A stretch of 64,000 bases of DNA from Octopus sinensis (taxonomy: Eukaryota): contig NW_021832229.1 of NCBI RefSeq assembly GCF_006345805.1, positions 154,845 to 218,844 of the forward strand. The letters are read 5' to 3'. The notes below the pieces were generated by a model. It searched no databases, was not told the DNA's origin, and saw only the letters and a list, made by a program, of their open reading frames with translations. Of the stretch, positions 25,808 to 40,326 are shown piece by piece. Position 1 is the stretch's first letter, and the number at the start of each line of letters is the position of its first letter. The translations under genes were made by a program, and so were the position numbers.

Positions 25808-28800
25808 TAGTTTTTTTATTTATAGCGTGCTTTCACTTCACTACCGAGCGCAGCTCTGTGTGCCTTGGGTATGTGCTGTGATTTGTTGTGATGCTCTGAT
25901 GGTTATTGTTTGGAAAGTGTTCTGCGTAGGATGTGTGCAGTGCCTAGTAGTGCAATTTTCTGTATGTTATATGTGTTTGTAAGCCCTGGTGTTTTTGTTA
26001 TGTATTTGTCTGAATATTTTTTTATCATGCCTAATGCACCTACTATGATAGGAATTGTTTCTGTTTTCAGGTTCCACATTCTAGTTACCTCTATTTCCAG
26101 GTCTTTGTATTTGAGAGTTTCTCCATTTCTTTTAGAGACACGTTGTCATCTGCCGGTATTGATACATCAATTAGAAAGCATTTTTTTTCCTTCATGATCT
26201 CTGACAACTATATCTGGTCTGTTGGCCTTAATTTCTCTATCTGTGTGTATCGGCATATCCCAGAGTATGGTTGCTTTCTCGTTTTCTGTGACCTTTTCTG
26301 GTGTGTGCCTATACCAACTTTTTTTCTGTTGTTATTCCATAATGTTGGCATAGCTTCCAATGTATGTAGGTTCCAACTCTGTCATGTCTGTGAATATATT
26401 CCTTCTTAGCCAGGACTGGGCAGCTAGAGATAATATGATTTATTGTTTCTTGTCCATCTCCACATATTCTGCAGTTACTTGTAATATTTCTTTTCATTAC
26501 ATGTTTTTGGTAATTTCTGGTGGGGAGGCTTTGGTCTTGTGCTGCAATTAAAAATCCCTCTGTTTCTGCTTTGAGCCCTGAGCTTCTCAACCATTGCTGG
26601 GATTTTTCTTTGTCTATTTCTTTTGCGTTTAGTTTAGTGCAGTATTTACCATGAAGGGGCTTTTCTTGCCATCGTTTTATCATGGCTCATTGCTGTTCTA
26701 TTTTTAGTTTGGATTTCATTTGTTTTGTAGCTTTTGTTGTTTCTTCATCATCTTCTTCTTTCTGTTTATTAGGTGGTATGATTTCTTGTTTGTATTTGTC
26801 AGCTTCATTAAATACTGAGAACAGTTTTTTGTTTTGCTCGTGTTTTGCTGCTATCTGGATCAGTTTTCCTTCCTTCTGAAGTAGGTATTTTTGCAGTCCT
26901 ATGGTGGTTATTTTATAGTAGTTTTCCAGTGTATGAGGCCTCTACCACCTTCTATACGTTGTATATATAGTCTTTCTATGTCAGATTTTGGGTGATGCAT
27001 CCTAGATCCTGTCAGTATTTTTCTTGTTTTCCTATCTATTTTGGACAGTTCATTTCGTGTCCAGTTAAGGATATTGTAGCTGTAACTTATAACTGGGACA
27101 GCTAAAGTGTTGATACCTATTATCTTGTTTTTAGCATTGAGCTCTGTACTTAGTATTGATTTAACTCGTCTATAATATTCTTTTTTTTATTTTCTCTTTT
27201 ATTTGTGTGTGTTGTGTCTTATCTAGTTCATGGATTCCTAAGTATTTGTAAGTTTGGCTTTGGTCTAATTCTTTTATTTCATTGGTTTTATCTAGTGTGA
27301 TGTTGTTACTCTAACTAGTTTTCCTCTTTTCATGGTTACTTTGGCGCATTTTTCTAATCCAAATTTCATATCTATTTCTTTGGTAAATCCATGAACTGTC
27401 TTTAATAGTGTTTCCAGCTGTTTGTCATTTGCAGCGTATAGTTTTAGGTCATCCATATATAAAAGGTGGCTGATCGTTTTGCCGTAACATTTATATCCGC
27501 ATCCAGTTCTATTTAGCATATCAGATAGAGGTGACAGTGCCAAGCAGAAAAGGAGTGGAGAGAGCGTGTCTCCCTGGAATATTCCTCTTCTAATGGGGAT
27601 GTCTTTGGTTTTCATGAGTCCCTCTTTTGTTTGGAGGTGTAGGACTGTTTGCCATTTATTCATAGAGTGCTCTATGAATTTTATGATTGTTGGTGCTACT
27701 TTGTTAATGGCTAGTGTTTCGAGGATCCATGTGTGGGGGATGCTATCAAACGCCTTTTTGTAGTCAATCCAGGCCATACTGAGGCCTTTCTTCTTTCTGT
27801 GGCTGTCTTCAGTTACGGCTTTATTAATCATTAGTTGATCTTTACAGCCATATGAGCCCTTGCGGCATCCTTTCTGCTCTTCTGGGAACAGTTTGTTTTC
27901 GTCCAGGTGCTTGTTCAGCCTTTGCGATATCACTGCAGTAAATGCCTTGAACATAGTAGGGAGGCAGGTTATTGGTCTGTAGTTTTCTGGTTTTGTTGTT
28001 TCATTTGATTTGGGAATTAAGATGGTTTTCCCCTTCGTGAGCCATTCAGGCATTGTCTCTGGCTCTGCTAGTATGCTGTTAAAGTTTTCAGCCAGCTTTT
28101 TGTGCATTCCTGTTAGATATTTCAACCAGAAGTTGGGGATCTTGTCATGCCCAGGTGCCTTCCAGTTGCTTAGTTTTTGCAGTGCCTGGGTGACCTCTTC
28201 AGTTGTTATGGGGGTCCAAAGTTGTTCAGATGCCGAGTTTGTTATTTTCATACTCCTTTTTTTTGGCTGTTCGTTCGCCGACCATATTTCTCTCCAGAAT
28301 TCTTCTAATTCTTCTGCCGTTGGTGCTGCAGTGATTTCTATTTTATTTTTGCCCAGTTCTTGGTAGAACTTTTTGTTCTGTTCAAAGAAGCGTTGGCGTT
28401 TCTCGTACCGGCGGATCCTTTGAGCTTTGGCAAGGATATCTTGCTTCAGCTTTTCTTTTATCTCCGGCAAATCTTTTTCTGTGATGTTATATTTGCGGAG
28501 CATTTTTGTTCTCTTTTTGTTGCTCAGTAGCGTTGCTTGTTTGCTGATTTCATTAAGAATCGACAGGTCTTTTCTAATTTTTTATTTTGTTTTGGATGTT
28601 ATTTATCCACAGGGTTTGTTTGGGTGGTGGTACTTCTGTTTGGGCGGGTTTGGGTGAGTATCCAGCTTCTTTTGTGGCTACAGTGGCTGCTGCGTATATC
28701 AAGTCATTTAGTTCAGTGATATCACTTTTTTTTTGTTTCAGTGGCTAGTTCAGTGACGGCTAGGTTTATGTTGTTTATAATTGGTGTTGTTATTGCGTTT

Positions 28801-29740
28801 ATTTTTATTCTTGGGAGGTATGGTCGGTGGTCCATTTTGAGCTCTGTGGTTTTCAGTTCTTTGATTATTTTATTTTTTATATTATCATAATCATTAGGCT
28901 CCTCTTCGTTGTTTACATCGTGTTTGTTGGGAATGTTGCGTTTGTCTTCGTATTTTACAGTTTCAGTGTTTATATTATTGGGCATTGTTGTGTGGCTTCT
29001 ATCTACATTTTCCTGGTGTATTTTTCCTTTTAAATGTTCTATTTCTATTTCTGATATTTTTTTGGCTTTGAGAATGTATCTTCGTACGTTAGCTAATTTA
29101 TTAGGGTTCATTGCTGTATCCAAGTCTATATCTCTATTATTTTCCTTCCATATTTTATATGTATGTGTTGTTGTATTTTCATTTTGTGAGTAGAACATTG
29201 CTGTGAAGTATGCGTGTAAGATAGAAATGTATTCCTCACGCGTCCATTTACGTCTTTTGGGTTTTAATTGCGGGACATGAGGTACAACGTCCGGCCCATT
29301 ATTTTGACGGTCGTCACTTTCGTAGGGTACCGGTCCGTTTATTTCTGTTGTCACATTATTTCGCACGTGTAGTTTTTCGTACATTTTTTGTTGTAGGTTT
29401 AATGTACGTACCGCTCGATTGTTATTCTTGGGTTGAATAGTATCGGTGGCATTTAATTTCTTCGTAGTTCCTTTGTACATGGTGTTTGAGGTCGGGGATG
29501 ATCGTGTTGTTCCACGCATGTTTACATGTGTTGTGTTAGAGGTGGAGATAATATCGAGTCAAAATACATCATTTCGTTTCGAAAATAGTAATAAATTTCA
29601 ATTAGTATTACTTACTCGGATATAGTCCAATTCTTTGTTAGTAAATCTTTGGCTCCATAGGGTGTCCTTGTTTTCGATGTTTGTGGATAGATTTCGGAGC
29701 TCTGTATTTTCCTTCTTACATCTTAAACGTTCCCGGTGTC
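25805..29740 (-). mobile_element. Full-length but frameshifted Dong/R4-clade LINE (family B, distinct from A)
   Basis: ORF pieces 28722-29519 (KWTREEY), 27292-28503 (NWKAPGHD, WIDYKKAFDS, GIFQGDTLSP, YMDDLK) and 26309-26683 (CRIC...HIISSC). CDS stop at ~25903. Both ends abut (TAA)n. Confidence 0.95.
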
Positions 29741-29765
29741 TTATTATTATTATTATTTTTGTTTA

Positions 29766-29828
<63 letters not shown>

Positions 29829-30193
29829 CATTATTATTATTATTGTCATTATTATTACTGTTATTGGAATTTTTCCGGTTAAACATTTCACTCACTTCTT
29901 CACAGTAAAATTATGTCATTTAATGCAATCGTTAATGTGATATTCCCTTCAGTTTCATATTAAAGAAAACCTTAGGCAGGGTTATGTATCTAATTGCATC
30001 ACACACACAGACACACACACACACACTCACAAACGTACACATGAACCCTCCTCCTCTTCTTTCCACCTCTCTCTCTCTCTTCTATCACTCCCCTCCTCTC
30101 TCATTTTAAAACTTCCACTTCCACCGCCAATCATCATAAACTGCTGACTGAAACTTTTCAAATCGAAATTATATAATTAGAAATACAGATGCC

Positions 30194-30226
<33 letters not shown>

Positions 30227-30512
30227 ATATATATATTAGCTTTATATTTTCAATTTATTTTTATCTTTCACTTTTGGCAGAAGGCATCCAGAATACTGGA
30301 GACTATCTGCAATAGAAATACATTAAACAGGTTAGAGGCCCCTGCATGTCCTCCTCTCCCTCTTCCCCTCACTCCTATGAAAATAGGACATCAAAATATT
30401 GAAGTTTTGGGTACAGATGAGCTGTTGAAGTTTTGAATATAATTATGTGTCAATTATTATAATCGTTATATCAAAGCAATACTTGGGCAGAATTATATAT
30501 CCCAGTGCATAG

Positions 30513-30543
<31 letters not shown>

Positions 30544-31848
30544 ACCAGGACATATACAGTTGAAGACCCTTCACAACACAAAACCCTCGCCTGTCATCCT
30601 TCATTCGTATAAAGTATTGCTACTTTGATAACGAAAATTCTTTTCCCACAACTTTAAAGCTGCTAAAACCTTTAATTCCTCTTCAGAATTGTTATAATTT
30701 CTCTATCATATACTTTACTTTACAAACGTACTTTTCTGAAACGAACTATTGTTAAATGAATTTGTATCGTTTGCTTCCATGTCAATCATTATATATACCA
30801 TGTAAATTAGTATCGTTATTGATAACGTGATTTTCTGAAGTGACACTATCGTTAAATGAATCTATCGTCTGCTCACAGGAAATATTTGGCTGCTATTTCT
30901 AGCACATCCTGCTTAAGCTTCAGAGATTCTTCACGAAGAGAATGGTGGATGACAATGTGAACACTGGAGGGTCTAACAAAGAATTTAGAAATGTACTTCA
31001 TTTTAATGTTGACTTTAGACGTTGTATTTGGGAAGAGATCGATGATCAATAGTTATCGCGCAAAAGTGAGGTGATTCTAAAACATGAAAAATCTGTCGTC
31101 TGATCGTATAACAATATTTTGATCATTTCCGGTTAATGTCGCTTTTAAACGATTTTATGTTCCATAGCTACTAAATTTCTTTGACGTATGTATATATATA
31201 TATATATATATATAATAGATCCCTCTCTATAACACGCACGATCAAACACACAGACACAAATTTCACACCTTACTACTAAGTATATTTGACGTTTGTCTAC
31301 CTCACACACACAATAACACGTACACACACAGACACAAATGCAGTTATATACACACTCATACACATACACAAACACTCGCAATCATTAACACAAGCACACA
31401 CCCGCACATCATCATACATACAGCATACATATTGTCCCCTACCTATTTTTACTACTCCCTCCTTCTACCCATTTTTGAAGTCATTGCTTATAACGGATTA
31501 TTTAAGAAAAACACTCATTGTCACTGTGGTCACCATGTAGGCAATCATCAAAAATTTTGTTCGTCTTGTGGCTGAAAGAGGCTCCTAATCTTTCCTGATG
31601 AGAAGATGGCATAATGCACCATTTATTCCTTCGGAATTAAAAGTATGCCGTCTTCGAAACATGTGCCGAGAGTAAAATCTTCGTTCGACTCCATTCTTTC
31701 ATTTATTCATATAAATAACACAAATTTGCACACAAGAACCCGGAGTTTCTACCCTTGACAGGTCACTTCAACTGTGTTTTCTGACGTGAATTTGCTACCC
31801 AGGTATCGGTTAAACGAATTTTCCATGCTAGGATAATTCATTCACCTA

Positions 31849-31893
<45 letters not shown>

Positions 31894-32449
31894 TATATAC
31901 ACACATATACATGAATACATACGTTTATATAATTCTGATAACTGTGTGTGCGTGTTTATATATATATATATATACATATACACACACACACACACACAGA
32001 TATCACAATTTGTAAAATAGTACTTAGATTATTTCAAGTTAATTTCAGTTATGCGGATGCAAAGTCTCATACAGTTACGCATATACACACACACATACAT
32101 ACACACACGCAACACCAGACAGTGACATAATTTTCATTTCTCCATTTCTGCTGGAATGTTAATGCCGGGGAAGAAGGAGGGTATACTGAGTAAGTGAAGG
32201 GAATTAAAATGTATCAATCCCACTAAATCCTTAGTACATGGTTACGTAGCTAATAGCATCACACAAACACATACACACACACACACAAAACCCTCTTCCT
32301 CTTCTTTCTCCCTCCCTCTCTCTCTCTCTCTTGCTATCACTTTCTTTCCGCTCTCTCATTTACACTCTTCCACCATCACCGCCCATCTTTGACTGCTGAC
32401 GCAAACTTTTCATATCGCATTCATATAATGAGAAATAAAGACGCCAATC

Positions 32450-32481
<32 letters not shown>

Positions 32482-32530
32482 AACAACACCACCACACACA
32501 CACACACACACATATATATATAAATATATA

Positions 32531-32562
<32 letters not shown>

Positions 32563-33641
32563 GCATAATTGTGTGGTACTTCAATGAAAAAATGTATGGT
32601 AAATAAACAAATGACGCAAGATATATATATATGCGCACATATATATATATATATATATATAACATTTACTAACTCTTACGATCAGAGGCTAAACCGCTTT
32701 ATTGGTAAGTTACGATTTTCATTATATTATATCGGCCATCTATTGGCCATCGTCCACCCTCCTCAACGGCATTTAGGATGGGATAAAAAGGGTCTCCACC
32801 ATTAAGAACTCATAAGTTTGTGTCCCCAAATGACCTAAAATGTTTTTTTATGCTTTTATTTTTACTTCAGTAATTTTCAGTTAACCCATTAGCATTGGCA
32901 CTGGCCACGTCGGGCCCAAATATTCTTTCTGTTTTCTGTTGAAACTGAACAGATCAGCCCTTTCACAACCACCATGCAAAGTTATTCTAAAAGTAAGCAA
33001 TCACATAATCAAAATCTCAAAGCTAGAAGATAACGTATGTTTAATTGTAAACGATGTGAATAAATAAGTAATTCATCCGAATGTTGAAGGAGTATCCTCT
33101 TCTAGCTGGTACAATAATGAAACAGCAATTCCATCTCAAATTACAACATGTGGGGTCTTTTTAAGGACACATTTCAGGTTCCAGGGAGTGGTTAAGAATG
33201 TTAGTAGTACAAAAAATCGAGTCGGTATTTTTCTTAGTAGTTGAGTTTTGTTAAGTATTGTTTGAAGCCGAGAAGGGTCAAATAACAGTAGAGGCGGTTG
33301 AAATGCAAAAATTTGAAGAAATTTGTGATATGTGTTGGTGAGATTTAGGAGGCTGAGTGGAGGCTGAAAAAGCGATTGATCATAATACTTGGAATAAATT
33401 AGGGATGCGTGTTATATATATTTATATTTCTGTGGGTATCTATATATATGTTGACTACTTTATGTTTTTAATACTGTGTATTAATGTAGGAGTTTGTATG
33501 TTTATATATGTGCGTATATGTGTGTGTGTTTGCATGTATGTATGTAAGCGCTTGTATATATATATTATGTATTTGTAAATGTGATGTATATATTATGTAT
33601 TTGTAAATGCAAGTTTGGATATTTCAGATTTATTGCATATG

Positions 33642-33711
<70 letters not shown>

Positions 33712-36700
33712 TGCATACATAGACACATACACACACACACATATAAGCTATTTGGAATGCGTTGACTTGTCGATTGTCAGGTTGACTCTTGTTTTACATT
33801 AGAGCAGCTTTGATGGGCCTCGGGGCTTGCTATATGATTATTTAGAATTAGTGAAGTGCATGAATGTCTTGCAGTATTTATGCTTACATAAATAAATAAG
33901 GTCAGAGAATTTAACAGCGAGGAGTTGTGGAGGCGAAGAATAGTTAATGACCCTTTTATACATAATATACATTTACCTATATTTGTGTTGTAGAGAGGAG
34001 CTTCACATACTACGGACCACGATAGAGCATATTGGACATTGTTTTGAATTGAGGTTGTATATGTGTGTTGCTAAAGATTGAAATAGTTTAGATTTGGGAT
34101 TAATGAAAGAATACATATGAGCACGACAACGGCATTCAAAATCCTCAGTGCCACAAATATACACCCTTTACTGGTGGGTGCATGGGGTCATCACGTGGCA
34201 TTAATAGATTTCGCTTTTGAGGAAACAGGAACCTGCATACCGTATATTTTAGAAGCGCAAAAGTTGCAATTGGTTGGGGTTTACTATCAGTAATGTTGAT
34301 GTTGGTTGGTTTGTTGTTAGTGGGGAGAATCTAAATTAAGATTTATATTAGTATCGGATTGGGGGGTTGTAATGGAACTAATATCTATCCTCTAGTAGAT
34401 AGGGTTGTTGAATGTTGGCTTAAGTTTAGTATTATACAATTGAGGTGGCTTATTAAGGTTTCTATTATTGTATTGTCAAGGCTAGCTTGGGATTTGGGGG
34501 AAAATTTTTGTTTTATCCACACATAAAGCCTACCGGTGTGTTACAAAGATTATGGAAACACAGGTCCGAAGCTAGGTTTGTTGTTGTTGATGTGTATGTA
34601 GTTTCAAAATGTTTTTTTTTCAACTATGAGATGAATTGTTGATTTTTTGATTTTATCTTACTATAATCAGCAACAAACACATTCCGTCAATATTAAATTC
34701 TTTATTAGACAAAAAAAATATCATTATCAAAACATGAAGGTAAAACAAAACAAATGTGCTTTGTTTTCTTCCAGGCACCAATGTATTGTAGCAATAGTCT
34801 TTCATCGACCGACCTTTTCTCTGAAAAAATCAGTGGAATCATTCGATCTCCATACACAAATTATTTTCCTCCTGGAACTTATAAAAAAAGATACACACAT
34901 TAGGCGCACCTTTCTCTAAGAGGCACACTAAATTTCCCAGGTAAAAAAATAGCGGCTTATACACCGGAAAATACGGTATTTCTTTTTTTGTCATATTCAT
35001 ATCGACTTTCACTCCATAAACGTTACACAAACACTTGACTGCGCATGCCTGAATGTCTACATTAAAGTATTTTCTAAGCTAAATTCTCTGCCTGATCTAT
35101 AGGCTCATTAGGCCCCAAGTATATCTCTGTATCGAACGTATTTCAACACACAAGGAATCAACACACCCAACTGAACAGGATACCAGTCTGTCGCAATGTT
35201 AACCCCTGGTTAATGCTGGTACTTTTTAGATGAGTGCACTGGAAGTGTCTTTCTCGTGGACACAACTTACCGAAACAATAAATGCATACGCCTATATGTG
35301 TGTGTGTGTGCGCTTATGTACATATCCGTGTGTACGTGTGTGTATTTTTGTATGCATGTACACACACACATTTTCTTTTATTCTTTCGCTTATTTAAAGG
35401 TGAATTTAAAAGTCGTTATGCCAATCACATAATCCCCTTCCGATATAGGACAAAAGTAAAGCTACGAAACTGGCTAAGTTTAGAAGAAAACGAAACACCA
35501 CATGTGACTGGATGGGAAGTAATCCATAACTTATGTTAATGGATCAAAAAATATAAGCATTGTTTAGCTGAAAGAGTGCATATCCTGTTCAGATCTAAGA
35601 TGCTTAATTCTCTATTGGACTCTAGGTCAGGAATTTTCAGTCGTTGTCAAGTATAAATATATTTTGAAGAACTGGAAAATTCCGTCTATTCTTGATTAAA
35701 TTTTTTATATCATTTTAGCCTTATAATTCAAGGTCTAACGAGGATAACTCTTAAATGCTGTTTTTACTTTTTCCTTTTCCAATTTACGTCTTTGTGCTTT
35801 CGCTTTCCGATTTCCGGAACACTGGGCATGCTATGGCAGACATGCACTGGAGCTGCGGCATCTCCAAACATTCTGCCTAAACGGTGAACAGATGTGGTCA
35901 TCGTTTGTCAAACAGGCTTTTCCACGGCTCATCTCCTTGAGTAAGCTACAGTCCTGGGTCAAGGATCAGTGGAAAGTCCACTCTTGAGTTCTATGGAGGG
36001 TTAGTGTAGGGAAAGCGCGATGAAGCACTTGGAGAGACGCTAGGCGTTGACAAAATTGAACTAACCAGTCTGTTGAGGAGGACTTTCAAGACGGGGACGA
36101 TGGATAACTCCTAGAAGTCCCTTGCTTTGCAGTGCTATCGGGGGACACTGCCGGTTTGAGATAAACTCTACAAGCACGGAAGTCCTGTCTGACCGACCTA
36201 CCCGACATGTGCGCAGAGCGATGAAAGCGTTCTGCACGCACTCGTCCAGTGTCCTTGCATTACTAACATGTGGAGTTATGTTGAACAGCTGTTATCACGT
36301 GTAGGGTGGTTCTATCTATCGGCCGAGTCCGTAGTGAAGATCGATCAGCCGCTTTCCATCAGTCCGGAAGGTCAGGCAATTTACTTCTGTCAAATAGCAG
36401 TAGCGAAAGAGGCTGTATTGTGGACCAGGTTAAAAGGACTAAAGGCAGAGACTTTTCTCTACGGCCAATCACTCGTCAGCTTTTTCAAATTTTCTTTGGA
36501 AAGGAAGATGAGGGTGCAGAGTGAAGTGCTGCCTCCCAGTACATTTGCCAAAAGGTGGATGAATAGCGAAAATGGTACGCGTGAGTTGACCTACTCTAAT
36601 AACGCGCCTGTGGTCTAGTGAATTTGAGAGGGAGGAGAGTGCTCTTCCCAGATGCCCTCGAAGCGTCGAGTGGTTCAGGATTGGGTGGGGGTACCTGAGC

Positions 36701-37108
36701 CAACTCCAGGGGAATACGTGCACCTATTACGAACTTTCATTGTTATATTCTTTTTTTGGATATCTTTGTTATTCTTTTAACTGTGTACTCGTTGTGTCTG
36801 TGTTAAATCCCCACTGTCCATGTCTACTGTATCCTGTTTCTTTACTACCCACAAGGGGATAAACACAGAGAGCACAAACAAGGACAGACAAACGTATTAA
36901 GTCAATTATATCGACCACAGTGCGTAACTGGTACTTCTTTAATCGACCCCGAAAGGATGAAAGGCAAAGTCGACCTCGGGGGAATTTGAACTCAGAACGT
37001 AACGGCAGAAGAAATACCGCTAAGCATTTCGCCCGACGTACTGAAGATTCTACAAGCTCTCACCGACTTGTCTACAGTATCTTCCCCTATATGCCGGCCC
37101 TATTGGCA

Positions 37109-37177
<69 letters not shown>

Positions 37178-37339
37178 TATTATTATTATTATTATCATTA
37201 TTATTATTACTCTTTTTTCCTTCTACCAGCTCTCACCCCCTTTTCTACTGTATCTTCTTCTATATGCCGGCCCTATTGGCAAATAAAAATAATAATTACT
37301 ATAATAATAATAATAATGATAATAATAATAATAATAATA

Positions 37340-38798
37340 AGATCAATACTCAAGACAGAGCTGAATGCGAGAAACAGGATCGAAGCGATCAATGCATTAG
37401 CCATACCAGTTGTGACTTACAGTTTCAATATCGTTAACTGGTCAATTACTGAAATATGTAATCTTGACAGAAAAATACGAAAACTGTTGAAAATGCATAG
37501 AATGCACCACCCTAAGGCAGATACAGAACGACTTTATCTGCCAAGAGAAGAGGGAGGCCGTGGTCTTTTGCAACTGGCAATAACAATGAAGATTGCTACA
37601 ATTGGCCTAGACACCTACCTGAAAAACTCTGATGACTGGATGTTAAAACTTGTCTCAAAACATGAAAACAAGAAAGCATCATACTCAGTCACAAAACAGG
37701 CAAAGGAATATCTAAGTGAATTCCGAATACAACCAATTTCGGAATTAGAGATAGATATACAAGAAACAAGCACAGAAAAAGCTAGGCGCATGAAAACCCG
37801 TGCCAAAACTGCGGCCTTAGATATTCTGAATAATAAATGGCAAGAAAAACCTCTCTATGGCAAATACCCAAAGAGAGCAAATAATGCAGATGTTGATACA
37901 GCCCTGACCCATCAATGGCTAATGGCCTCTGGCTTAAAATCTGAAACAGAGGGGTTTATCATAGCAGCTCAAGATCAATGCCTACCAACAAGAAACTACC
38001 AGGCCAACATATTAAAGAACGGCAGTAGCCCAACATGTCGTGTATGCCGACAACAAAATGAAACCATTGACCATGTTGTCTCCAAATGCAGTCTTCTAGC
38101 GCCTACAGAGCACCTCAGTAGGCATGATAGAGCTGCACAATATATTCACTGGGTAATTTGCAAAAACCTGGATTTGCCCCATGAAAAAAACTGGTGGGAA
38201 CACAATCCACCTCCTGTGCTTGAAAATGACCACATCTCACTCCTCTGGAACTTCACCATTCAAACTGACAGGAAGATAGATGCAAATAGGCCAGACATTA
38301 TATTGAAAGACTTCAGACAAAGAACATGCCTCCTCATTGATATGACTGTCCCAATCGATATAAACGTATCTGTCAAGACCTACCAAAAACTGAGCAAATA
38401 TAAAGATCTTGAAATAGAAATCAGCAAAATGTGGAAGCTGAAGACTAAAACAATACTTGTTGTCATAGGTGTCCTGGGAATGATAGCGTAAGGGACTGAT
38501 TGCTACCTAACTCAGATACCAGCAAACCCCAAAATGGCAGAAATTCAAAAGATAGTGCTCATGGGAACTGCTCATATCCTACGCAAAATACTCTCTATGT
38601 AATCCCAAGGTTTAAAACAAACTTTTTTATTTATTTATTAATTTTTTTTTTATGTATTAGACATTCACTAGTACAACACCAGAAAAAAAAAGAAAGAAAA
38701 AAAAACCAAATATATGGCACAGAACTTCTAACCTGTTGTCTCTTGAGGTCTCTGGGTGAGACTTGGAGCCAACTTGTACAGACATAAAGCAAAATTCC
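37340..38798 (+). mobile_element. 5'-truncated Dong/R4 LINE, family C copy 1
   Basis: Starts at RSILKTELNARN directly after (AAT)n. CRVC...HVVSKC and RPDII..ID. Premature TAA at 38489-38491. (AAT)n tail. Confidence 0.95.
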
Positions 38799-38862
38799 AA
38801 TAACAATAATAATAATAATAATAATAATATAATAATAATAATAATAATAATAATATAATAAT

Positions 38863-39833
38863 AAACCTCTCTATGGCAAATACCCAAAGAGAGCGAATAA
38901 TGCAGATATCGACAAAGCCCTGACCCATCAATGGCTAATGGCCTCTGGCTTAAAATCTGAAACAGAGGGGTTTATCATAGCAGCTCAGGATCAATGCCTA
39001 CCAACAAGAAACTACCAGGCCAACATATTAAAGATCAGAAGCAGTCCAACGTGTCGTGTATGCAAGCAACAAAATGAAACCATTGACCATGTGGTCTCCA
39101 AGTGCAGTCTTCTAGCGCCTACAGAGTATCTCAACAGGCACGATAGAGCTGCACAATATATTCACTGGGTAATCTGTAAAAACCTGGATTTGCCCCATGA
39201 AAAAAACTGGTGGGAACACAAACCACCCCCAGTGCTTGAAAATGACCACATCTCACTCCTCTGGAACTTCACCATTCAAACTGACAGGAAGATAGATGCA
39301 AATAGGCCAGACATCATATTGAAAAACTTCAAACAAAGAACATGCCTCCTCATTGATATGACTGTCCCAATCGATATAAACGTATCTGTCAAGACCTACC
39401 AAAAACTGAGCAAATATAAAGATCTTGAAATAGAAATCAGCAAAATGTGGAAGCTGAAGACTAAAACAATACCTGTTGTCATAGGTGCCCTGGGAATGAT
39501 AGCAAAAGGGGCTGATAGCTACCTAACTCAGATACCAGGAAACCCAAAAATGGCAGAAGTTCAAAAGATAGTGCTCATGGGAACTGCTCATATCCTACGC
39601 AAACTACTCTCTGTGTAATCTCAAGGTTTAAAACAAACATAATTTTCGGTTTAAAAAAAAAAAAAAAGAAAAACCTTTTTTTTTAGACATTCATTAGTAC
39701 AACATCCCCACCCCCCAAATATATGGCACACTAGGCATAACAACAACATGAACTTCCAACCCTGTTGTCTCTTGAGGTCTCTGGGTGAGACTTGGAGCCA
39801 ACTTGTACAAATATAAAGCAAAAGTCAAACATA

Positions 39834-39834
<1 letters not shown>
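38863..39834 (+). mobile_element. 5'-truncated Dong/R4 LINE, family C copy 2, inserted in the tail of copy 1
   Basis: Starts at KPLYGKYP. ORF 38938-39618 holds the zinc knuckle and RLE intact. (AAT)n tail. Confidence 0.95.
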
Positions 39835-39913
<79 letters not shown>

Positions 39914-40128
39914 GTTATTGGAATTTTTTTTGCGGCTAAACATTTCACTCACTTCTTCCCAGTAAAATTATGTCATTTAATGCAATCGTTAATGTGATAT
40001 TCCCTTCAGTTTCATATTAAAAGTAAAGCTTAGGCAGGGTTATGTATCTAATTGCATCACACACACAGACACAGACACACACACACACACACTCACAAAC
40101 GTACACATCAACCCTCCTCCTCTTCTTT

Positions 40129-40166
<38 letters not shown>

Positions 40167-40275
40167 ATCACTCCCTCTCCCCCTCTCTCATTTTAACACT
40201 TCTACTTCCACCGCCAATCATCATAAACTGCTGACTGAAACTTTTCAAATCGAAATTATATAATTAGAAATACAG

Positions 40276-40324
<49 letters not shown>

Positions 40325-40326
<2 letters not shown>

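Larger units (their letters stand above)
18071..34490. repeat. Tandem segmental duplication, copy B (expanded by ~9 kb of minus-strand LINEs at 20770-29740)
   Basis: Same landmarks as copy A. 16990-18070 is repeated at 33380-34490. Confidence 0.95.

Noticed and set aside
36920-38491. 523-aa ORF that looks like a novel poly-Asn / RT fusion protein
   Set aside because: Chance read-through from an antisense SINE through (AAT)n/(ATT)n into a 5'-truncated Dong. It starts at GTG and ends at a premature stop.
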